A stretch of DNA of 52,671 bases, from IMG/VR virus record IMGVR_UViG_3300015195_000007, positions 1 to 52,671 of that record. One strand, 5' to 3'. The notes under the pieces are model-generated. The model was not told the origin of the DNA. It was given only the letters and a program-made list of their open reading frames with translations, and searched no databases. The translations under genes and the position numbers were made by a program. Positions within the stretch are counted from its first letter, which is position 1; every line of letters starts with the position of its first letter. Shown piece by piece: positions 17,680-26,531 of this stretch. The stretch is from a virus (taxonomy: Duplodnaviria; Caudoviricetes).

Positions 17680-18483
17680 GTGAACGATATCAAAGTAATC
17701 GTTCTGGGTTGCGGTCCTGCCGGGATGTTAACGGCGGCAGCCGTCAGGTCTGTGGGTTACCAGCCTGTCATACTCAGTTTGAGGAAGCCGAGCCCTATCG
17801 GGGGTGCTCAGTATTTGCACCGTTCGATTCCAGGAGTAACTCGTGAGGAGCCTGATGGAGACATAGAGTTTATCAAGCAAGGCACTGGTCGAGGGTATGC
17901 AATGAAGGTCTATGATCGTTCCAATGCGTCTACCTCTTGGGACGAGTTTGAAGAAGGTCCGCATCCTTGTTGGAATCTTCGGCAGGCTTACAATCATTTG
18001 TGGGAGATGCTGGGGTGGCGCATTGTAGATATGAAGATTACCCCCATTATTCTCGCTAGGATCTTGGATAGCGGAGAGTATGCGGCAGTGATGTCAACGC
18101 TGCCACTGAGGGATTTTTGTATGAATCCCAAACACAAGTTCACAATGAAGGAGGTATTTATCAGTCTCGACGCTGATGATTTGATTCCGATTGATCAACG
18201 ACCTCGCTGGGCTCCGCCTCAAGAGAAGAATATGATTGTGTGGAACGGAGAGCCGGAGACTTTCTGGTACAGGCAATCAAGCATCTATGGATTCCCAGGT
18301 ACAGAGTGGCCGGGGCACCCGCATGACAGAAAGGTAATACGAATCACCAAGCCGTTGTGGACGAACTGTACCTGCTGGCCTGGACTGATCAAACTTGGAC
18401 GCTACGGGAGATGGAAGAAAGGGGAACTCGTGCATCACGCATACGAGGGAGCTATCGACGCACTGGTGGGCAGCCATGTATAG
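17680..18483 (+). CDS. FAD-dependent oxidoreductase
   Basis: VIVLGCGPAG dinucleotide-binding motif, GAQYLH, STLP, LGRYGRW; GTG start after GAGGAG. Confidence 0.75.
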   Translation: MNDIKVIVLGCGPAGMLTAAAVRSVGYQPVILSLRKPSPIGGAQYLHRSIPGVTREEPDGDIEFIKQGTGRGYAMKVYDRSNASTSWDEFEEGPHPCWNLRQAYNHLWEMLGWRIVDMKITPIILARILDSGEYAAVMSTLPLRDFCMNPKHKFTMKEVFISLDADDLIPIDQRPRWAPPQEKNMIVWNGEPETFWYRQSSIYGFPGTEWPGHPHDRKVIRITKPLWTNCTCWPGLIKLGRYGRWKKGELVHHAYEGAIDALVGSHV

Positions 18484-18850
18484 AAGGCTACGAATCACCA
18501 ACGAAACAGGTCTCAGCAACGATACGAGGATCATCGATCAAGACTCAGGAGCAGATCTATCAACCAGAGTAACGTCAGTTGAGATTACGGCTAAGGTCGA
18601 TGAGATAGCAAGTGCTAAGATTACCTACATCACTCCACAGATAGATATCGTAGCTTGGGCTCATACGCCAGAGGAAGAGAAGCCTTTATTAGGATTGGCA
18701 ACTACTAGACAACTCCTGGAAGAAGTAGCGGTTCGAATGGAGGTTTCGCAGAACAGCAACAGGGGGCGTGAGCTAGGGACTTTGTGTAGGCTTGCTATGG
18801 ACAAGCTAAGTGGCGGAGTTCTTGATTATAGGACGGTGAATAGTGACTGA
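18476..18850 (+). CDS. hypothetical protein
   Basis: Internal ATG overlapping the previous gene; 124 aa. Confidence 0.55.
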   Translation: MYRRLRITNETGLSNDTRIIDQDSGADLSTRVTSVEITAKVDEIASAKITYITPQIDIVAWAHTPEEEKPLLGLATTRQLLEEVAVRMEVSQNSNRGRELGTLCRLAMDKLSGGVLDYRTVNSD

Positions 18851-19259
18851 TACTTCTGTGGACTGCGGTAACTGTATCGCAGCCTGCTGTCGGGCTGGCT
18901 CAGGAATCGTGATGACTGAGCTTGAGCATGAGCAGCATCGTCGTTTCATGGAAACTAAGATAGTGCTCAAACCAAAGAACTACGAGCAGGCGGCTCCTAT
19001 CAAGATGGAAGTTCTCGACAAGAACGGAAAGCGTAGTCCTCGAGAGGCCGTTATCTCGGTGCGTAAGCATTATGGCTGGTACGTTCTCCGGTCTGATTGC
19101 GGACATCTAGAGAACTACAACTGTGGCGACTACGACCATAGGCCGCAGGCGTGCAAAGAATACGAGATGGGCGGAGAAGCTTGCCTCAATGCGAGAGCGA
19201 TGGCTGGGCTAGACGGTCACGAGCGTCAGATACCGATGGGAGCGGGCGATGTTGTGTAG
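18843..19259 (+). CDS. YkgJ/CxxCxxCC-family metal-cluster protein
   Basis: CGNCIAACCR...CGHL...CGDYDHRPQACKEY. Confidence 0.8.
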   Translation: MTDTSVDCGNCIAACCRAGSGIVMTELEHEQHRRFMETKIVLKPKNYEQAAPIKMEVLDKNGKRSPREAVISVRKHYGWYVLRSDCGHLENYNCGDYDHRPQACKEYEMGGEACLNARAMAGLDGHERQIPMGAGDVV

Positions 19260-19893
19260 TCACTGCGGGGACAAGGTACTTCCGGTCGTAGTGTTCGACC
19301 TAGACGGGACTCTGGCTGAGTATCACAAGGCGTTCACTTCTTTCTGTGGAAGATACTTTGATCGAGACATGAGGTCTGATTGGGATGGCTCAGGTAACTT
19401 CGAGGACTACCTTGGGCTGACCAGACCGGAGTACCGTGAAGCCAAGCTGGCTTATCGTCAAGGCGGCAACAAGCGATGGCTGGCTCACTACGAGGATCCG
19501 TGGACACTATTCAAGACGATACAAGAGCAGTTCACCTGTGAGATCTGGATCGCCACGACGAGACCGTGGCAGCGACTTGACAATATCGACCCAGACACAA
19601 CGGAGTGGATTCGTCGTCGTCACCTCAACGTTCATGGGTTGCTGTATGGAGAAGACAAGTACGAGAGACTTGTCGGAGTAGTTGATCCACGCAGGATTGT
19701 GGCCTGCGTAGAGGATCTTATCTCTCAGTTTCTTATGGCGGAGCGCCTTAAGCTTCCGGTCTTCCAGGTCGAGAGGCCGCATAACCGGGCGCCTGGCTTG
19801 AGGGGTTTTCCACGAGGTAACATGGCAGCGGCAATGTACTGGATACTCGCTGGACTTGAGCGATGGACTAAGGAGAATAATAATGGAGATTAG
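19249..19893 (+). CDS. HAD-superfamily 5'(3')-deoxyribonucleotidase-like phosphatase
   Basis: FDLDGTL, ATTRP, K, VEDL motifs I-IV. Confidence 0.75.
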   Translation: MLCSHCGDKVLPVVVFDLDGTLAEYHKAFTSFCGRYFDRDMRSDWDGSGNFEDYLGLTRPEYREAKLAYRQGGNKRWLAHYEDPWTLFKTIQEQFTCEIWIATTRPWQRLDNIDPDTTEWIRRRHLNVHGLLYGEDKYERLVGVVDPRRIVACVEDLISQFLMAERLKLPVFQVERPHNRAPGLRGFPRGNMAAAMYWILAGLERWTKENNNGD

Positions 19894-20170
19894 GACCGAA
19901 CAGGTAGCACGATTCCTGGACCAGCATCGAACCGATGCTACCGAAACAAACATCGAGCAGATGATGATGCTTCTGCGAGCTTTTGCCATTTTTGAAGGAC
20001 GCAACGAGAAGTACGGAGATCTGTGGAAGGAGTTCTCTCCAGAAGCCAATCTCGTTCACATCAAGTCCAAGCTGATGCGCTTGGAGCGGCTAAGCGGTGC
20101 CGAGGCGATGGACGATGGCTTGGACTTGATCAACTACACGGTCTTCTATCTCCGTAGATTCAATGTTTGA
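19883..20170 (+). CDS. DUF1599 / nucleotide-modification-associated all-alpha NTP pyrophosphatase-like protein
   Basis: RNEKYGDLW...IKSKLMR...DDGLDLINY. Confidence 0.65.
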   Translation: MEIRTEQVARFLDQHRTDATETNIEQMMMLLRAFAIFEGRNEKYGDLWKEFSPEANLVHIKSKLMRLERLSGAEAMDDGLDLINYTVFYLRRFNV

Positions 20171-20606
20171 CAACTTCGAGCTAGACATGGCGATTCGAGA
20201 GCAAGAATGCAAAGAGCACTTGCCCAGAAGATTCCTCAAGGAAGTCGCCGATCCGTTTTTCGGGGGAGGTCTTCCTTCGGCTGTTATGGCTGTACTAACG
20301 GTCAGAATCAAAATGTTGGGTCCGCTGTCTTGCATTGTAGATACGCTGGAGCATCATTTGTTCTGGGTGCAAACTAGACAGCGACACTGGATTACTCTTC
20401 AGTTCTGTAGTGCAATGCTCATGTCGGCGGCACTCGGAGTACAGCCAACCTGGAAGACAGCTTTGGAAGATGCAAATCCAGCACAAGACGCCATGACTCT
20501 TGTAGACATCTACTGGCCTGACAGCGTTAATACAGAAACTCCGATGGATGCAATGGCTTCTACTTTAGCCCTGAGAATGTGCGTAAACGAACTGAGGAAA
20601 ACGTGA
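20163..20606 (+). CDS. hypothetical protein
   Basis: 147-aa ORF in the gene chain. Confidence 0.5.
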   Translation: MFDNFELDMAIREQECKEHLPRRFLKEVADPFFGGGLPSAVMAVLTVRIKMLGPLSCIVDTLEHHLFWVQTRQRHWITLQFCSAMLMSAALGVQPTWKTALEDANPAQDAMTLVDIYWPDSVNTETPMDAMASTLALRMCVNELRKT

Positions 20607-20607
20607 G

Positions 20608-20778
20608 ATGATGTATCAAGGAGAACGCAATCCTGACGACATTCTTGGTATTGGGAAAAAGGTAGGAAGGAGATGTCTTTCTCCTCATCCCGAGAACAAG
20701 GAGGAATGCAAGAGGCTACCGCACTCAGAAGAGACGAAACATTGGGCGATCTACGCAGGAAGAGGAATCAGATGGTAA
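20608..20778 (+). CDS. small hypothetical protein (C..C..H..H)
   Basis: Hand-translated 56 aa filling the gap before dnaE. Confidence 0.4.
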   Translation: MMYQGERNPDDILGIGKKVGRRCLSPHPENKEECKRLPHSEETKHWAIYAGRGIRW

Positions 20779-23700
20779 GTGTTATGGAGTGTTGTGACTC
20801 GTAGATATGTGAGCCTTCACCAACACTCTACATTCTCGTACCAAGATGGGTATGGACTGCCTAGTGTTCATGTGACCAGAGCTGCCGAGCTTGATATGTC
20901 TGCGTTGGCCATGACCGATCACGGCAATGTCAGTTCTCATACTCAACTCGAGATAGCTGCCACCAAGCAAGGCGTCAAACCCATTTTTGGCTGTGAGTTG
21001 TATTGTGGGAATGGAAAGACACAACGAAAGAATCACCTCACCGTACTAGCGGAGGATCAGAGTGGATATAAAAATCTCTTGCGAGTCGTCACGGCAGGGT
21101 GGTCCAACTTCTACTACGAGCCCACGGTGGACGGTGATCTTCTCAGCCAATATAAGAAAGGACTGGTTGTTCTCAGCGGTTGTACGGGGTCGCTTCTCGT
21201 TACTTCGCTGGTCGGGGGCAAAAATGTCGCAACCGAAGATGCAAGTTTCCATCGGGGACTTGGTGTGGCTCAACGGTTCCACCGGGCACTCGGCGATGCT
21301 TTTTATTTGGAAGTGCAGACTTTCCCTGAGCTGGAAATCACAAGAACAGTCAATCCGCTCCTCGAGAGAATATCTCGAGAGCTACATATCCCACTCGTAG
21401 CAACGGGAGACGTTCACTATACTCTTCCGTCAGAGAGTGAGATGCAACAGATTCTTCACAACGTAAGGGGTGGTAACCGTCAAACTCTCGAAGAACAAGC
21501 CCAAGCATGGGGATATGATGTCCCTCTCTCACCCTGCGCAAATGATCTTACTGTTTATCGTCGCCTGCGAGGGACTGGCCTTAGTCATCTGGCTGCTCGT
21601 CAGGCAATAACGAACTCAGCTGAGATCGCTGAGCGGTGTACTGTCGTTCTTCCGAAGCTGGAGAAGTTACGTTTCCCATTACCGGAGGGATTCCGTGATA
21701 CAAAAGAGCTATGGCGAAGCTGGATCAAACAGGGTTGGTCGTACCGACGGTGCGGCAGCCTTGCCCCAAATGAGCGTGAAAGATATCGCAAGCAGCTTCT
21801 TTACGAGATGGACATCGTCGAGAAGAAAGACTTCATCGACTACTTCCTCCTCGTCAGCGATATCGTCAAGTTTGCCAAGGACTCGGGAATTCCGGTTGGC
21901 CCGGCTCGGGGTAGTGCGGCTGCATCTATCGTCTGCTGGCTCCTACGAATCACAGAAGTCAATCCTATGGTTTTCCCGAGTCTCGTATTCGAAAGGTTCA
22001 TCGACCTTACTAGGACCGACCTGCCCGACATTGACCTTGACTTCGACTCAGAGCGGCGTTACGAGATCGAGGACTATGCAGTGGCAAAGTATGGGCGCGA
22101 ATGTGTCGGCAAAATCGGTACGTTTACTTACTACAAATCCAAGAACAGTTTGGACGACGTCGCTCGTGTGTTCAGGATTCCCAGGTATAAAGTGGAGATT
22201 ATCAAGGATCTCCTTATTGAGCGCTCTAGCGGAGATCTGCGTGCCAGCGCAACGATTGAAGATACCGCTGAGCAGTTCGAGCAGGCGAAGGAAGTATTCG
22301 ATGAGTTCCCTGATCTACGCAAGGCTATGCTCTTGGAGGGCAACATCAAGGCGATGGGTATACACGCTGCCGGGTTGGTGGTCGCTCCTGGACCGATCAC
22401 TGACGTGTGTGCCGTCTATAGCAGATTGGATTCTAAAAAGGTACGACAAGAAGCTATCAGCCTAGACAAGTATGACGCCGAGCGTCAGGGAATCTTGAAG
22501 ATAGATATCCTTGGGCTCAGCACAATGACAATGATCGCTGAAGCCTTGCGAATGCTTGGCATGAAACTGGAGGAACTGTATGCCATTCCCCTTGAAGATC
22601 CAAAAATCATCAAAGCCTTTCAGGATAACGATATTGTCGGGATCTTCCAGTTTGACGGTAGAGCTATGCGTTCCGTCAATGCTGAGCTACGCCCTGACAA
22701 CTTCAAAGAGATATGCGACATCAACGCTCTTGCTAGACCGGGACCTCTCCACAGTAATGCTACAGGCGATTACATTGAGATCAAACGAGGTCGTAAGGAA
22801 CCGGAAATGCTCCATCCGCTTTACGACGCGATCGCTAAAGACACCTACTACCAGATCGTTTACCAAGAACAGATTCTCCGAGTTGTCCGTGAAGTTGGAG
22901 GATTTGACTGGACGGCAGCGGCGTACATTCGAAAGATCATCTCGAAGAAGCTGGGAGAACAAGAGTTCAACCGGCAATGGGAAGCTTTTTGGCAAGGAGC
23001 GAAGGCTAACGGTCTTGACGAGACAGTCGCCAAGCGAATATGGGATACGTGTATTACGGCGGGTGTATACGCATTCAACGCTGCCCATTCAGTAAGTTAT
23101 GGAATGCTGGCGGTATGGTGCATGTGGATCAAGGTGTATCATCCACAGGTGTTCTATGTAGCGTGTCTCCAGAAATACAGCCAAGACAGGCAACTAGAGT
23201 TCCTACGGGACGCCATGCGCCACGGCATCGAGGCATTGCCACCGGAACCGTTTCAGAGTTTTGGGTCGTGGTTCGCCAATGGAGAGAAGATTCAAGCTGG
23301 ATTGGTGCAAGTGTCTGGCATTGGCGAGAAGACGGCAGCGGCTATGCTGGCCTATAGGCAGGCACACCCGGACGTGGTTTTACAGAAAGGATGGCAAGCA
23401 TATAGCAATGTGAAAGGAATAGGACCCAAAACGATAGCGAAAGTAGAGGAGTTCTGTGCTCAAGAAGATCCGTTTGAGATACATCGCTTGCATAGACTGC
23501 TTGACGCTGCTCGTGGATACGTCCGAACGAGGAGAGACCTTCCTAACCCGACGCATTCCAGTCTTCAAGTTCCTTATAGTCGAGGCTCTGATGTCGAAGT
23601 GGTTTGGATCGGTATACTCACCAGTCGCAACTTGCGAGATCTGTTTGAAGCCCATTACTCCAGAACAGGAGTGGTACTTGACCCTGCTGACGTTAAAGAT

Positions 23701-23916
23701 CCGGAACTACGTGAATGGGTCATCGCCTATGGAGAAGACGAAGACGAAGCTATCGTTGTTACTTGGAACAGATGGATCTACCAAAAGTGGAAAAGACTCA
23801 TCTGGGACATCTCCTTGGGTGAAGACGTCGTTCTGGTCCGAGGGGTCAAAAGAGGCTTCCAATCTAGACGAGCCATTTACGTGAAAGAGAGCTGGATACT
23901 ATCACCTTCGACATAG
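20779..23916 (+). CDS. dnaE: DNA polymerase III alpha subunit (phage DnaE)
   Basis: PHP motifs HQHS..S..DG, TDHG, GCE, TGDVHY; GPARGSAA; PDIDLDF; KIDILGL; YAFNAAHS. Confidence 0.95.
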   Translation: MLWSVVTRRYVSLHQHSTFSYQDGYGLPSVHVTRAAELDMSALAMTDHGNVSSHTQLEIAATKQGVKPIFGCELYCGNGKTQRKNHLTVLAEDQSGYKNLLRVVTAGWSNFYYEPTVDGDLLSQYKKGLVVLSGCTGSLLVTSLVGGKNVATEDASFHRGLGVAQRFHRALGDAFYLEVQTFPELEITRTVNPLLERISRELHIPLVATGDVHYTLPSESEMQQILHNVRGGNRQTLEEQAQAWGYDVPLSPCANDLTVYRRLRGTGLSHLAARQAITNSAEIAERCTVVLPKLEKLRFPLPEGFRDTKELWRSWIKQGWSYRRCGSLAPNERERYRKQLLYEMDIVEKKDFIDYFLLVSDIVKFAKDSGIPVGPARGSAAASIVCWLLRITEVNPMVFPSLVFERFIDLTRTDLPDIDLDFDSERRYEIEDYAVAKYGRECVGKIGTFTYYKSKNSLDDVARVFRIPRYKVEIIKDLLIERSSGDLRASATIEDTAEQFEQAKEVFDEFPDLRKAMLLEGNIKAMGIHAAGLVVAPGPITDVCAVYSRLDSKKVRQEAISLDKYDAERQGILKIDILGLSTMTMIAEALRMLGMKLEELYAIPLEDPKIIKAFQDNDIVGIFQFDGRAMRSVNAELRPDNFKEICDINALARPGPLHSNATGDYIEIKRGRKEPEMLHPLYDAIAKDTYYQIVYQEQILRVVREVGGFDWTAAAYIRKIISKKLGEQEFNRQWEAFWQGAKANGLDETVAKRIWDTCITAGVYAFNAAHSVSYGMLAVWCMWIKVYHPQVFYVACLQKYSQDRQLEFLRDAMRHGIEALPPEPFQSFGSWFANGEKIQAGLVQVSGIGEKTAAAMLAYRQAHPDVVLQKGWQAYSNVKGIGPKTIAKVEEFCAQEDPFEIHRLHRLLDAARGYVRTRRDLPNPTHSSLQVPYSRGSDVEVVWIGILTSRNLRDLFEAHYSRTGVVLDPADVKDPELREWVIAYGEDEDEAIVVTWNRWIYQKWKRLIWDISLGEDVVLVRGVKRGFQSRRAIYVKESWILSPST

Positions 23917-23980
23917 GGTCCATTATTATCATCATCGCAGCCATCCTGCTAGCCATAGAATACGAGAAAAGGAGAATGTA

Positions 23981-24862
23981 ATGGGAGATCTAGAGAAGTT
24001 TGCGGATGCCTCAATGTTTCATGCGGCCCCAATGAAGGAAGGGGTCAGCGAGGGACCACAGGTTTTTCTTCTGTGGATGACACCAGACCCGCTCGGAGCT
24101 ATTGCGGCTGCCTGCAGAATGTATGAGGGAAAGCCAACCTACAGCCTGGCGAGTATTACTGATCAAGAGCGGTGGTACTACGCTGAGCAAGTCCAGAAGA
24201 CGCATCTCCAGGCGCCGCTTGAGTTCGTTAAGTTCCATTTTTTCATCGAGGGTATTGACCGAGCGATGACGCATCAGATCGTTCGGCAGCGCACAGCGGT
24301 CTTCGCCCAAGAATCCCTGAGATTCGCCGTCAAAGAAAACATGGCGCAAGAGGCAATCGTACCACCTAGCATCCTGACCGCCAGCCAGGACATTAAGGAT
24401 CATTATGACACACTTCTTGTGCAGATTCAAGAAAAGTACAACTACCTCATAGCCAACGGCATCCCGGCGGAAGATGCTCGTGCGATACTGCCGCATTGCG
24501 TGAGCACTCGGCTGCACTACTGCACTGACCTCCGCAACCTGAAGGAGCACAGCGGAAATCGCCTGTGTACTCAGGCTCAGTTCGCATGGCGAGCACTGTT
24601 CAGCAAAATCGTCGGTAGTATCAAGGGATACAACAAGGGCGGTGGTGATCTGGTTAGCCTCAATCTGTTCAAGCCAGCGTGCTACCAGCAGGGGAAGTGC
24701 CCCTTCACCGCTGATTTTGACCGGGGGTGTACTATACGGGAGAGGGTGCAACTCTTCTCCAAGAGGGGAATACCTAGCCAAGCTTGGGGGATAGGGGCGC
24801 CTGACATTTCGTCCATTTTGCCCCAGGAGTGGATGTATGACCCTCAAGCCGGATGGCTCTGA
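23981..24862 (+). CDS. thyX: flavin-dependent thymidylate synthase-like protein (divergent)
   Basis: RxR-X7-S motif RQRTAVFAQES, EDARAILP, R.C..AQ. Confidence 0.8.
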   Translation: MGDLEKFADASMFHAAPMKEGVSEGPQVFLLWMTPDPLGAIAAACRMYEGKPTYSLASITDQERWYYAEQVQKTHLQAPLEFVKFHFFIEGIDRAMTHQIVRQRTAVFAQESLRFAVKENMAQEAIVPPSILTASQDIKDHYDTLLVQIQEKYNYLIANGIPAEDARAILPHCVSTRLHYCTDLRNLKEHSGNRLCTQAQFAWRALFSKIVGSIKGYNKGGGDLVSLNLFKPACYQQGKCPFTADFDRGCTIRERVQLFSKRGIPSQAWGIGAPDISSILPQEWMYDPQAGWL

Positions 24863-25124
24863 CTTTGACCATACCGATGCTCCCTCAGGATTCCTAACCG
24901 GACCAATGAACTATCATGACAGCGAAGAGATACCTGTGAGATTCGCTAGGCTACGAGTCTGGCTAGGTGTCCCGTCCACCAAACACCGCCACCGCATCTC
25001 TTGGCTGAGTGATGCCGGGGGTGACGCTCATCAGCATATTTGGGGTGATCAGGCTCATGTTCACACTCAGAATCTTGACTCTGAGTATGGTCGTTACTCC
25101 AACAGACCATTTAGACCTCGTTGA
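24837..25124 (+). CDS. His-rich hypothetical protein
   Basis: AGGAG RBS; 95 aa. Confidence 0.4.
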   Translation: MTLKPDGSDFDHTDAPSGFLTGPMNYHDSEEIPVRFARLRVWLGVPSTKHRHRISWLSDAGGDAHQHIWGDQAHVHTQNLDSEYGRYSNRPFRPR

Positions 25125-25258
25125 CAAAGAAAGGAAGACATGACAGATATACCCACAGTAAATCCTACTCCACCTATCGAGGATCCAGACAACACTCACG
25201 GAGAGTCAGAAGACAAAGACGGCACGCCTGGTGCTGTTCCTGATGGAGGAGAGAAAGC

Positions 25259-25465
25259 ATGACACCACGTCATCCAGGAACAGAGCACATGCTCAAGTTC
25301 TTCGAGTTTGATCATCTCCCGGAGAAGCTTCAGGACATCTCTCGTCCCTGCGCCATTTTGGCGGACGAGATGGTCGAGGCATTGTCTGACGGACCAGAAC
25401 TGACAGTTGGTCTTCGTAAGCTGCTAGAGGCCAAGGATTGCTTCGTCAGGGCGGCGCTGCCATGA
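25259..25465 (+). CDS. small helical-hairpin phage protein (possibly Acb2/Tad1-like)
   Basis: FFEFDHLPEKLQ..S.P...GPELTVGLRKLLEAKDCFVRAA. Confidence 0.6.
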   Translation: MTPRHPGTEHMLKFFEFDHLPEKLQDISRPCAILADEMVEALSDGPELTVGLRKLLEAKDCFVRAALP

Positions 25466-26271
25466 CGCTCACACGAGTTTGGATTCCATCCCCCAACTAC
25501 TCGGCTAGTCGCAGTCAAAACAGATTGCTGGTGCTCCACACCGCAGAAGGAGCCACAACCTTCCAGGGTCTCGGAAACTACTTCGCTAGTCCAGGCGCTC
25601 AGGTATCGAGTCACGTTGGTATTGACGACACTACCGGTCAGATCGGGGAGTACGTTAAGCCCGACCGCAAGACCTGGACGGCGTTTGCTGGGAATGACTG
25701 GGGCGAGCACGCTGAGCTATGCGGGTTCGCAGCCTGGACTAGAGCTCAATGGCTTTCCCATCCGATCATGCTCGCCAACACCGCGCAGTGGCTGAAGGAG
25801 GAAGCTGCACACTACAGCATTCCTCTTGTCAAGGTCGGTGCAGCCGAGATCGTGGATGGCAAGTGGGGTGTCTGTGGCCACTTCGATCTTACTCAGGCTG
25901 GTGCTGGTGGCAACCACTGGGACCCAGGACCGAACTTCCCCTGGGACGTCGTGCTGATGGTGGCTGATGTGCCTACTTCTCCGGGACCGGCGCCAGCGTC
26001 TCCGCCGCCTTCCCAGAGGCCACCTGTAACACCTTCGGCGCCAGCTTGGCCGGGACGCTATCTGAAAATAGCTACCCCCATGATGAGCGGGAAAGACATC
26101 CTCGCCTGGCAAAAGCAGATGAAAGCTAGGGGTTGGACTATCACTTCAGACGGCTGGTACGGCTCAGGATCTGCCGGCATTTGCCGTCAGTTCCAAGCGG
26201 AGAAACATCTCGGCGTGGACGGTATCGTCGGTCCGGCGACCTGGAGCGCAGCCTGGACAGCTCCTCGGTAA
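25462..26271 (+). CDS. endolysin: N-acetylmuramoyl-L-alanine amidase + peptidoglycan-binding domain
   Basis: SPNYS, VLHTAEG, SSH, E.CG, GH, HWDPG; Pro-rich linker; DG.YG...FQ...L.VDGIVGPATW. Confidence 0.9.
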   Translation: MTLTRVWIPSPNYSASRSQNRLLVLHTAEGATTFQGLGNYFASPGAQVSSHVGIDDTTGQIGEYVKPDRKTWTAFAGNDWGEHAELCGFAAWTRAQWLSHPIMLANTAQWLKEEAAHYSIPLVKVGAAEIVDGKWGVCGHFDLTQAGAGGNHWDPGPNFPWDVVLMVADVPTSPGPAPASPPPSQRPPVTPSAPAWPGRYLKIATPMMSGKDILAWQKQMKARGWTITSDGWYGSGSAGICRQFQAEKHLGVDGIVGPATWSAAWTAPR

Positions 26272-26297
26272 TCTAACGAGGTAGTCCGGGGTATTCG

Positions 26298-26345
26298 CCG
26301 CCCTGCTGGTCGGACTGGTTGGCCGATTGGCAGGGCGGTTTGTCG
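26298..26345 (+). terminator. stem-loop with short U-tract ending the + arm
   Basis: CCGCCCTGC/GCAGGGCGG followed by TTTGT. Confidence 0.55.
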
Positions 26346-26413
26346 TGCTAAGGGTGGCAAAAAGATCCTGTTTGCGCCCGGCAGGAGGCGGTTTTAAGCC
26401 TATCAAATGGCTT

Positions 26414-26443
26414 TGGGGTACCCAAGGGCCACCCGGTACCCCA
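26414..26443. terminator. inverted repeat in the convergence gap
   Basis: TGGGGTACC/GGTACCCCA. Confidence 0.45.
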
Positions 26444-26531
26444 CGGCCGTCCTGGGGCTTCGGATAATCTCAGTACCGGGACCGCAGGGCCAAAATAAGG
26501 ATGATAAAGAGAACAACAAGGACGAAGGTGC

